Below are positions 8,710 through 16,210 of a stretch of 35,396 bases of DNA, piece by piece. Source of the DNA: a virus (Duplodnaviria > Caudoviricetes). Each line of letters opens with the position of its first letter. Within the stretch, counting starts at the first letter, position 1. Under the pieces are notes generated by a model that saw only the letters and a list, made by a program, of their open reading frames with translations, was not told the DNA's origin and did not search any database. The position numbers and the translations under genes are program-made. The stretch is taken from positions 1 to 35,396 of the IMG/VR virus record IMGVR_UViG_3300014168_000011; one strand, written 5' to 3'.

Positions 8710-8986
8710 TATGGCAATCAAAACCAAAACCGTGCAGGAAGCGTACACGTCGCTGTTGCTTGGTGACGCGCACCTTGCGTTCGTGCAGGACCAGATCACG
8801 GCCAGCGATCTCGCGATGAAGACCGTCACGTCTTTGGCGGGCGGGATCGTGCAGGGCGGGGCTATCCGGCAGAGCGCGTTGTTGTCCGCCATCGCGTCGG
8901 CGATGAGCATCGGCGTCAAGATCGGCTTGGAGATGAGCGGGGTGGTGACGCCCATCGTGGGGCCGGGAGGGGCGGTGCTGCAATGA
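8710..8986 (+). CDS. hypothetical protein
   Basis: GAGG RBS; ORF track 8705..8986, start approximate. Confidence 0.5.
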
Positions 8987-9657
8987 GGGCGGTCGCCTAC
9001 ATCCGAGTTAGTTCGGATAAGCAGGCAAAGAATGGTCTGTCGCTCGAAGCTCAAGACGCGAAGCTACGAGCCATGACGACCGTTCGCGAGGATGAACTAG
9101 TGGACATCGTCGTGGACGAAGAATCTGCGAAGCCGGGGTCTCTCAAGCGTGAGGGCGTCCAGCGAGTATTAGCGATGGTCCGCAAGAACGCAGTCGATGC
9201 CGTGATCGTCTGCAAGCTCGACCGATTGACTCGGAGTATCCGCGATCTCGCAGAGTTGCTGGACACGTTCGAGAAGCACAACGTCTCGTTGGTGTCTCTG
9301 GCCGAATCGCTAGACACCCACAGTGCCAGCGGAAGATTAGTCATCAACATCATGACCGCCGTTAGCCAGTGGGAAAGAGAAGCCATTGGCGAGCGGACCA
9401 AGGCTGTGATGGACTTCAAGAAGGAGCGCGGCGAGCGGCTGGGGAACACGCCCTATGGCTGGACCGGGCCGAAGAAGGGGGCGCTCAGTATCCATCCAGG
9501 GGAGCAGCTTATCATCGGCACTATGAAAGATTTAGTGCGCCTTGGGTGCGACTATACTGACATCGCTAGAAGGTTGAATATAATGGGCCATCGGACCCGG
9601 TGTGGCGGCGAGTGGCGGCGTGAGTACGTGGCAAGGATTCTGAAAGCGTCGGCATGA
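8983..9657 (+). CDS. serine recombinase (resolvase catalytic domain plus short recombinase DNA-binding domain)
   Basis: AYIRVSSDKQ catalytic Ser, KLDRLTRS, GRLVINIMTAVSQWEREAIGERTK, PYGW. Confidence 0.93.
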   Translation: MRAVAYIRVSSDKQAKNGLSLEAQDAKLRAMTTVREDELVDIVVDEESAKPGSLKREGVQRVLAMVRKNAVDAVIVCKLDRLTRSIRDLAELLDTFEKHNVSLVSLAESLDTHSASGRLVINIMTAVSQWEREAIGERTKAVMDFKKERGERLGNTPYGWTGPKKGALSIHPGEQLIIGTMKDLVRLGCDYTDIARRLNIMGHRTRCGGEWRREYVARILKASA

Positions 9658-9902
9658 ACGTAAGAATCATTGAACTCAACACGATGGACAATCCCTCGCC
9701 CAACTTTAGGGATGAGACTGCGCGGATTCGATGTGGGAAGTGCCGCAACCTCTTTCGGCTCGGCCCTGGCATGTTTTGGGAACCCCTGGAGACGGCGATC
9801 ACGATGAAGCATCTGGAATTATGTGAGGGCGATGCTGCTGTGACGCTCATGAAAATCGAGCAGGCTTACAAGGCCGGATGGCGACCCCAGGTGGAGTCTT
9901 GA
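9654..9902 (+). CDS. hypothetical protein with CxxC
   Basis: ATGA overlap; RCGKC..H..C. Confidence 0.5.
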   Translation: MNVRIIELNTMDNPSPNFRDETARIRCGKCRNLFRLGPGMFWEPLETAITMKHLELCEGDAAVTLMKIEQAYKAGWRPQVES

Positions 9903-10198
9903 CTAAGACTTCCAAGGAACCCGCTCAGCCGGGCCTGTTCGATCAGCCGAAGGCCAAGTTCGTCCGCTCCCGCTACGATGCTCCCGTCCCCATCGGGCGG
10001 TGGATGATCCAAGTGCCTGAGTCGTATCTGGCGGGGCTGCACATGGACGCCGTGGATCGCTACATCCTCGAAGAGCATCGGGCTTCGCCGGGATCGCTGC
10101 TGAGCCTGCGATGGTATCGCTACACGCCGGAGACCGTGCGAATTCTGAAGTGCCAGATGTGGGAGGATTATCAGGATGCCATTGATGAATGCCGATAA
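9899..10198 (+). CDS. hypothetical protein
   Basis: TTGA overlap preceded by GGAG. Confidence 0.5.
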   Translation: MTKTSKEPAQPGLFDQPKAKFVRSRYDAPVPIGRWMIQVPESYLAGLHMDAVDRYILEEHRASPGSLLSLRWYRYTPETVRILKCQMWEDYQDAIDECR

Positions 10199-10523
10199 GT
10201 TGATCGCTTCCGCCTGCAACCTTCCATGGCTGGCCCACTGGGGCTTGGGTAGCGTGAACGCCGTCAGGCGCGTGCGCGAGTCGGGCGCGTTGAGCTTCAA
10301 GGAGAACTGCTTCACTCCATGGGAGCCGTGCCCGCTCAAGGTGGAGGCGGAGACGTGCGTGCTGTTCCGCGTAGGGAAGCATCGCTACGTCGGGATTCGG
10401 GGCCTACCGGATAAGCCCGACGTCGTGTTCACCGAGTCGGCAGTGGACCCGTTCGTACCGCAGGGCTTTGAACTGATTGCGGCGGAAGAGGATCTGATGG
10501 CATGGCGGAAGGTGGCCGCATGA
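10185..10523 (+). CDS. hypothetical protein
   Basis: Overlapping ORF in the operon. Confidence 0.5.
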   Translation: MNADKLIASACNLPWLAHWGLGSVNAVRRVRESGALSFKENCFTPWEPCPLKVEAETCVLFRVGKHRYVGIRGLPDKPDVVFTESAVDPFVPQGFELIAAEEDLMAWRKVAA

Positions 10524-10738
10524 ACGGGATGGATTTGGCTAAACGCTTGAGAGAAACCAACCCCTCTGTGTTTATGAGGAGTACGGAGTCTATCCATGGA
10601 GAACCGTGGATGATGCCGATGTTCCTAGTAGAAAATCCGGTTTTCGCCGTTGAATATCTTTCATCTGAGGCCGTATTAGAGTCTATCACTGGCATTCTTG
10701 ATCCACGGCAGGGAGAACATGGCCATGAACTGGACTGA
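10520..10738 (+). CDS. hypothetical protein
   Basis: ATGA overlap. Confidence 0.4.
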   Translation: MNGMDLAKRLRETNPSVFMRSTESIHGEPWMMPMFLVENPVFAVEYLSSEAVLESITGILDPRQGEHGHELD

Positions 10739-10922
10739 GCTTGGCTGGCCTGCGGAGCCGTGGGAGCGTGGCGTCCCCTACGACGAGTGGCGGCGCTCGG
10801 CCACGCTCACGATGATCGAGCACTATGCCGCGAAGCGCATCCAGCCGGAGGAGCCGCCGAAGAAGCGGCCCGAGAAGAAGCCGAGCAAGAGCGCGGCAGT
10901 GTTCGGAGGGCTGTTCGGATGA
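10719..10922 (+). CDS. hypothetical protein
   Basis: GGAG RBS; basic C-terminus. Confidence 0.5.
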   Translation: MAMNWTELGWPAEPWERGVPYDEWRRSATLTMIEHYAAKRIQPEEPPKKRPEKKPSKSAAVFGGLFG

Positions 10923-11179
10923 TCGAGACTCCGTTGGCTAGCGCAATCAGGGGCGGAGACTATCATGCTGTCAGTCAGATAATCTTCCTAGACAATGGCC
11001 GTTTATGGATGGCGCTGCTGCGCGAATTCCAAGATGGGATATTCCATGAGTTCCACGAGGGGCAATCTGATCTTTCGTGGACAACTGCAAACGCCGTACA
11101 AAATGTTGTATCCGATCTGCAACGTGTGCTAGATTCAGTGCGTAGTGAGCCCAGAGGATCTCTTCCAAGCGCACGTTGA
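10919..11179 (+). CDS. hypothetical protein
   Basis: ATGA overlap. Confidence 0.4.
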   Translation: MIETPLASAIRGGDYHAVSQIIFLDNGRLWMALLREFQDGIFHEFHEGQSDLSWTTANAVQNVVSDLQRVLDSVRSEPRGSLPSAR

Positions 11180-11939
11180 CCGCGCTGAGAAAATAGCGAC
11201 GGCTTTGTGCTGGCGTTATCGGGTTTCTGGCGCACTCTTCTATCAAGACGAGGCAAGATCCGAGGCCCGCCTCGCACTCTGGCGAGCCTGCCGCAACTTC
11301 GATCCCACACGTCAGGAACTTGAGATCCGTAAGATACGCCAGCATGAGTTAGCCCACTTCTGGAACCCCCTCTTTGGCACTCCTCCCCCTCCCGACTGCG
11401 ATCATCAAGACCCCTACGGCAACTTTTGGATATGGGCCGTGCGCCAGATCTATGGCCGGGTGATCGACTGGTTCCGCTCGTACCACCTTATTAAGAGGAT
11501 GGCGAAGGGCGAAGGCCCATCCATGGTGTACCACGAGAGATTCCTCTCAATGACACGGGCGAAGGGTGCTGGGGTGATGGACGGAGACGGCCAAGGGCCG
11601 CATGACTTTGACGAGTGCCTTCCGTCCAGCGACCGTACCGATGGTTACGATGAGATAGAGGAGCAGAGGGCGATCTTGCACGGACTGGTCACAGCGGCGC
11701 GTCTCACGCAAACGGAGATTCAGAGCTTGAGACTGGCGTATGGGGATGACGAAATGGGGAAGGCCGAAATTGCGGAGTTGATGGGCGTAGCTCCATCCAC
11801 CGTGGCGACCCTGCTAAAGTCGGCGATGGGGAAACTGAAGGCCGTAGCGCAGGCTCAGGCCCAGTGCGCTCCAACCAATTCCCTCAACTGCTTGACGACG
11901 TTGTCGATGGCCCGCCCAATGCTCCGACCGGGCATATGA
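11145..11939 (+). CDS. sigma70-family RNA polymerase sigma factor (group 3/FliA-like architecture)
   Basis: Region 2-like DEARSEARLALWRACRNFDP..FWIWAVRQIYGRVIDWFR; region 4 HTH LTQTE..KAEIAELMGVAPSTVATLLKSAMGKLK. Confidence 0.8.
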   Translation: MSPEDLFQAHVDRAEKIATALCWRYRVSGALFYQDEARSEARLALWRACRNFDPTRQELEIRKIRQHELAHFWNPLFGTPPPPDCDHQDPYGNFWIWAVRQIYGRVIDWFRSYHLIKRMAKGEGPSMVYHERFLSMTRAKGAGVMDGDGQGPHDFDECLPSSDRTDGYDEIEEQRAILHGLVTAARLTQTEIQSLRLAYGDDEMGKAEIAELMGVAPSTVATLLKSAMGKLKAVAQAQAQCAPTNSLNCLTTLSMARPMLRPGI

Positions 11940-12073
11940 ACCAGATACTCTTTCGTGGCAGGCGTGACCCGGCATCCGATCCGAATCCTTTTCTTGTCCG
12001 GCCCGAGGGGCTTACGGCCCGTCTTCTTGGGAATCTTCTGTTGAGGGGCGACGAAATTGGTTGATTCTTCCAC
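11855..12073 (-). CDS. small DNA-binding protein, ribbon-helix-helix-like
   Basis: GRKPLGPDKKRIRIGCRVTPATKEYL..SIGRAID; TAGGAT -10 lies 6 nt upstream of GTG. Confidence 0.6.
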   Translation of the reverse strand: MEESTNFVAPQQKIPKKTGRKPLGPDKKRIRIGCRVTPATKEYLVHMPGRSIGRAIDNVVKQLRELVGAHWA

Positions 12074-12106
12074 GCTTCTATCCTAACATAGAGGTGGACA
12101 AAAACA

Positions 12107-12622
12107 ATGCCAAATACGCGGGAGCGTGAACTTGAAGCGATGGTTTTGGCGCTCGTCAAGCATGGCTGGACCTGCCGCAAGACTGGCGACTATGAAGGCA
12201 CTCCGGTCTGGCAGTGGATGTGCATAGACGGGACGGATCACGAAATCTTCGGCGATGTGGACGAGGTTCCGAATTTTCCCGATGCCGTATTCAAGGACGT
12301 GGCAAAGGCCGAGCGATGGCCCGAGTACGAGCCAATCCCAGAGAAACCACTCCCTGTGTTCACACCAACCGGCTACCTGGATAACGGAGTGCCCGTTGAT
12401 TACGGAACACAAAAGCAGTGGTATGACTTCTGGAACGGGCTGAATCCAGCCAGACGTTTCATGCCGAGCAACCAGATGTCTACCATGGCTGAGGCTGGAT
12501 GGATGTTGCTGGTCGATCCGCGCAACAACCATCTGGTCGCTATCGACGCTCCGGGTGCGCCGATTACCGTTCAGAAATGGTGCGAGGATAACCTCAAGCC
12601 AGCGCCCGCCCCGGCCGTTTAG
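12107..12622 (+). CDS. hypothetical protein
   Basis: GAGGT RBS; 171 aa. Confidence 0.65.
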   Translation: MPNTRERELEAMVLALVKHGWTCRKTGDYEGTPVWQWMCIDGTDHEIFGDVDEVPNFPDAVFKDVAKAERWPEYEPIPEKPLPVFTPTGYLDNGVPVDYGTQKQWYDFWNGLNPARRFMPSNQMSTMAEAGWMLLVDPRNNHLVAIDAPGAPITVQKWCEDNLKPAPAPAV

Positions 12623-12631
12623 AAGGTACAT

Positions 12632-13114
12632 ATGTTTCTCATCATCGTCCTCACCGTTCTGGCAACCGCCGTTGGCACTGCCGTCGCCACCTTATTGATC
12701 CCCTGGTTCGTCAGGCAGACCAAGGCGCGCATCGCGGCACAGCAAGAGTTCGCCGCCGCCATGAAGGAACTGTCGGCTACCGTCAAGGTGCTGGCCGACG
12801 TGCCTAAGATGATCGCGGGCCACGCTGCCGCCGCAAGCGCAATGGCGCTGGAGATTGGGAAGCTGCGGGAGGCCGTCTCCCAATTCAAAACTCTCGTCAT
12901 GAAGCCCGACACAGAGCCGGGGCCGGGAGCCGCTGAACCGCTGTCGTTCGTCAGCCACTCCGACGAGGCTTCGGCAGACCGGGCCTATCGAGTTGCAGAG
13001 TTGTGGGCGGAGGCTGCTGCGAACGGGGAGACCCCGAGCGTCGAAACGCTGAACCGCAAAGCACAGGACGAGATCGACCGGCAATCGTCGATGCCGTCTG
13101 TGAGTATGGAATAG
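12632..13114 (+). CDS. membrane-anchored coiled-coil protein
   Basis: N-terminal hydrophobic helix followed by Ala/Glu/Lys helix. Confidence 0.6.
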   Translation: MFLIIVLTVLATAVGTAVATLLIPWFVRQTKARIAAQQEFAAAMKELSATVKVLADVPKMIAGHAAAASAMALEIGKLREAVSQFKTLVMKPDTEPGPGAAEPLSFVSHSDEASADRAYRVAELWAEAAANGETPSVETLNRKAQDEIDRQSSMPSVSME

Positions 13115-13117
13115 GGT

Positions 13118-13273
13118 ATGCCCGCGAAGCGTAAACCACAATCCAAGCGACAACCGTTCGCTCGTCTACTCGGTGGGCAAAAGCCGAAGAAGCCCAAGCG
13201 CAAGTGGAATAGGGAAGAACGGGCTGGACGACCTTGCGCCGCAGACAAGGATATTCCGTTCGCTGGCTGGTAG
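13118..13273 (+). CDS. small basic protein (51 aa)
   Basis: MPAKRKPQSKRQPFARLLGGQKPKKPKRKW..; fills the gap between genes; below ORF track cutoff. Confidence 0.4.
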   Translation: MPAKRKPQSKRQPFARLLGGQKPKKPKRKWNREERAGRPCAADKDIPFAGW

Positions 13274-13285
13274 AGGGGGGGGGCG

Positions 13286-13513
13286 ATGACGGGAGCGGAA
13301 GTCCACAAGTTGCTTTGCCTTCCATGCGCACGAGCGAGCGCGGGCGTATCCGGTGCGTGGAATCTAGCCCCCCCGCGTGAGATGTTTCGCGGCTCCCTTC
13401 GTGAAGTACGGGATTTGGAAATAGATCTATCGCCGCTGTTCTTTGCTGTGCTTGAGCGGATCGAAGGCATCGGGAACAAGATTGGAGATCGACGTGATAG
13501 CGAAGCAGTATAG
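13286..13513 (+). CDS. hypothetical protein
   Basis: GAGGGG RBS. Confidence 0.4.
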   Translation: MTGAEVHKLLCLPCARASAGVSGAWNLAPPREMFRGSLREVRDLEIDLSPLFFAVLERIEGIGNKIGDRRDSEAV

Positions 13514-14321
13514 GCCGATAATTCTCAAAGTCATCAAGGACGGGAAGCGCTTTGGGTCTCCCGAGGAATTCGTAGACCACTTGATCGCCAAAATGGGCGA
13601 CTTCGAGGAGATGTTCTCGCTTGCCGTCGAGTCAATGGGTAACGTGACGCAGGCCCCGGCTCAGGAAAAGGGCTACACCCCGCTCATCATCACGCCATCC
13701 GAGGCCGCGCCCGTCACGTCATCTCGCCGTGAGGAAGACGCCTCCGCCCGGTTTGGGGCACAGCCTGCCACGACAGACCTGTTCCCTGAGCACTTCAGCA
13801 AGCAGGAGGTCTTCGATTACTACCAGCGGGAGTTGCCGAAGCGGATCGAAGTGAAGCCGCCGAAGTGCGACAAGCCCATCGTGCTGGAGAAGCGCATCAC
13901 AAGGTCTCCTGGCGACGACAAGATGGAGATGCGGCGTGGCGGGACGTACATGACGAATGTGCGGATCACCTACGCCATGCAAGGGGCCGATCCGGCCACT
14001 GGCGAGTGCGTGACGGAGTACGCCTACACAACCGATACCAGTCTTGATGCAGACGCCATGATGAAGAAGATCGTGGAGCAAGCGAACGCCATCTACAGTT
14101 CCGTTCAGAACAAGGTGCCGCCGCACTTCGCCATCCCGCCGCCTGCCGTCCTGACGGTGCCGGACATCAACGCGAGCCGGGGGGAGATCCTGGCGTCTAA
14201 TGCGTTCGGGGCCGCACAGACCGACATGCTCGGGCCGGACGGGAACGGCATGGACCTGGAGGCCATCAAGGCTTGGGGCCTGCCGTCAGCACCGGAGGCT
14301 GCGAAGAACTATGGCGGCTAG
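13494..14321 (+). CDS. phage hypothetical protein
   Basis: GGAG then GTG 13494; GC3-rich codons. Confidence 0.65.
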   Translation: MIAKQYRPIILKVIKDGKRFGSPEEFVDHLIAKMGDFEEMFSLAVESMGNVTQAPAQEKGYTPLIITPSEAAPVTSSRREEDASARFGAQPATTDLFPEHFSKQEVFDYYQRELPKRIEVKPPKCDKPIVLEKRITRSPGDDKMEMRRGGTYMTNVRITYAMQGADPATGECVTEYAYTTDTSLDADAMMKKIVEQANAIYSSVQNKVPPHFAIPPPAVLTVPDINASRGEILASNAFGAAQTDMLGPDGNGMDLEAIKAWGLPSAPEAAKNYGG

Positions 14322-14514
14322 CACTTCAGACCTCACGCGGATGGATATAATTCCTGGGTTGGCGATCAGCCGGATTATCGAATACGATTTCGCCCATACG
14401 CTATTCAAGTTTTTCTATATTGAAGTGGTTGTGCCCCTGCATGATATTTGCGACCCAGGGCGCACGGAAGCCGCTGTGGACGCCATCATGACAGCATGTT
14501 CTCCGATTCCCTAA
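14311..14514 (+). CDS. hypothetical protein
   Basis: Overlaps upstream stop. Confidence 0.4.
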   Translation: MAASTSDLTRMDIIPGLAISRIIEYDFAHTLFKFFYIEVVVPLHDICDPGRTEAAVDAIMTACSPIP

Positions 14515-14520
14515 ACGTGG

Positions 14521-14901
14521 ATGAATCCACCACTTGCAGGCGAAGACGCCATGCCATATACAGCGCAAAATGGGCATAGGCCGATGCACTTCACTACCGT
14601 GTTGCGCTGCCTCTCCATTACGGTCTCGGCGACCATGGCGTTGTATCTGCTTCTATGGGTGCCCGTATCCCCAAACGTAATTGCTCAGCGGCCCGCTTCC
14701 GAACGGCTGGCGACCGCCGAAAGTCAGATTTCAGACCTACGGGACACTGTGAAGGAATTGCGAACGATGGCCCAAAACACCGAAAATAAGATCAACACCA
14801 TCTCGGGAGTTGGCACGGGGGCCTTTGCAACGCTCGCCATACTGGACATTCTGCAACTGCTGGGCGCTAAGCGACGAAGCTCCCGCCACGATGACGGGTG
14901 A
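14521..14901 (+). CDS. membrane protein (TM-coiled coil-TM), holin-like candidate
   Basis: Hydrophobic helices flank ERLATAESQISDLRDTVKELR. Confidence 0.5.
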   Translation: MNPPLAGEDAMPYTAQNGHRPMHFTTVLRCLSITVSATMALYLLLWVPVSPNVIAQRPASERLATAESQISDLRDTVKELRTMAQNTENKINTISGVGTGAFATLAILDILQLLGAKRRSSRHDDG

Positions 14902-15065
14902 ACCAACAACGAGACGTGCTTCTATGTGTAATGCAACGCGTCGGCGCGGCCTTTGCTTCGCTCGTCGTGGTGTCTTGGATATTGCGCAGAATATGGGCAG
15001 TCGCCGAAGCTACGGCGCTGCTTCTTGAAGCAACCGTCGAACGAATCATGAGGTACTTCCAGTGA
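14898..15065 (+). CDS. small single-pass membrane protein
   Basis: GTGA overlaps at both ends; VGAAFASLVVVSWIL. Confidence 0.4.
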   Translation: MNQQRDVLLCVMQRVGAAFASLVVVSWILRRIWAVAEATALLLEATVERIMRYFQ

Positions 15066-15196
15066 CCAAGCCTGACTATCCCCCGCCCAAGCGCCGCAAG
15101 CAGAAGGCCAAGGCCGTTGCGGATGCTCCGCCGCCCACTCCCCAGATTGGGCCTGCCCCTAATCCTGGTGGTCCCGGAGGCGGCAAGGGCAAGTGA
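15062..15196 (+). CDS. small Pro/Lys/Gly-rich peptide (44 aa)
   Basis: GAGGT RBS; GTGA overlaps at both ends. Confidence 0.45.
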   Translation: MTKPDYPPPKRRKQKAKAVADAPPPTPQIGPAPNPGGPGGGKGK

Positions 15197-15810
15197 AGAA
15201 CGCCGAACTGATCGTCTGGTACGCCAGCTTCTTTATTGAGGCCGCACTCATTGTGCGGCTTTTGCTTTGTAGGGTGAAGCTCCGCATGTTCCTGGCGTAC
15301 TTGATGTTTGACCTTCCGCGATGGCTGATACTGGCGGGGATCGACCGCTGGTGCGTGGACGGAGCGTATCGAATTGCGTGGGTCATCACGGAACCCATCT
15401 CCATCGTGTTGTTGGCGTGCGTCGGGATAGAGTCGTTCGCAGCCGCGTTCAATGTGAGCCTCCGCCGATACGTCTACTACTTGGCGGGAGGGTTCGTGCT
15501 CGCCATCGTGGCGATAGTCCCCCCACTGGCCGATCTGCCCGATGAGCGGTTTTTCCTGGCCCGAGTGATTGTGGCTGCGCTGATTGTGCTATCCACTGTA
15601 GCGATGGGCGCGGCCCGAACCGGGGCGCATGGCGCGATACTGGCAGGCTTCTGCGCTTTCGATATCGTCCAGAACGTAGCCATTATTCAGGGCGCACGCG
15701 GTGACATCACGCCGGGAGCCTTGCTGGTCTTTGAGCAGACGGCCTGTTTGGTCCTCTGGTTAGCGCATACGCCCATCATTGCTAGGCAAACCTCCGATTA
15801 CCAGAGTTGA
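15193..15810 (+). CDS. multi-pass membrane protein (about 7 TM)
   Basis: Repeated ~20-aa hydrophobic segments across 205 aa. Confidence 0.7.
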   Translation: MKNAELIVWYASFFIEAALIVRLLLCRVKLRMFLAYLMFDLPRWLILAGIDRWCVDGAYRIAWVITEPISIVLLACVGIESFAAAFNVSLRRYVYYLAGGFVLAIVAIVPPLADLPDERFFLARVIVAALIVLSTVAMGAARTGAHGAILAGFCAFDIVQNVAIIQGARGDITPGALLVFEQTACLVLWLAHTPIIARQTSDYQS

Positions 15811-16199
15811 TGGCCGACGAAACAACCGCTTCGGATCAATCGCTCGAAGTCTGCGTCCAGACGCCTCCGCCCGCGCTCCTTGCCAAGAAGGTCACCCGCA
15901 AGAACCTTGCCCGCGTCCAGGAGAAGCATCTCCTCCGCAACATCGACGCGCTGATGGCGACCCTGTTCCCTGCACTTATCAAGAAGGTGAAGGACGGTAA
16001 CATCCAGGCGATCCGGCTCACCGCCGAGATCGCCAACCTCGTCAAAACCCAAGGCGGCGTGACGATCTCCCAAACGATTCTCCAGGCAAACTCCAACAGC
16101 GCCGATGGCAGTACGCGGTTCAGCTTCGATGCACTCGCTCGTAAACTGGATGGCCGGGACTCCAGCACTGCCGCCGTGATCGACGTGACGCCCGAATAG
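15807..16199 (+). CDS. putative terminase small subunit
   Basis: Immediately upstream of terL, 130 aa, helical; positional inference. Confidence 0.45.
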   Translation: MMADETTASDQSLEVCVQTPPPALLAKKVTRKNLARVQEKHLLRNIDALMATLFPALIKKVKDGNIQAIRLTAEIANLVKTQGGVTISQTILQANSNSADGSTRFSFDALARKLDGRDSSTAAVIDVTPE

Positions 16200-16210
16200 A
16201 AAGGCCAGCC

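Noticed and set aside
8983-9657. Serine recombinase as prophage integrase or IS607 TnpA
   Set aside because: Too short for a large serine integrase, no N-terminal HTH, no TnpB, no att sites seen
87-14598. GGTAGTGAAG (87-96) and its reverse complement (14589-14598) as IS1 terminal inverted repeats
   Set aside because: Only 10 bp, the second copy lies inside an ORF 14 kb away and no target duplication is evident
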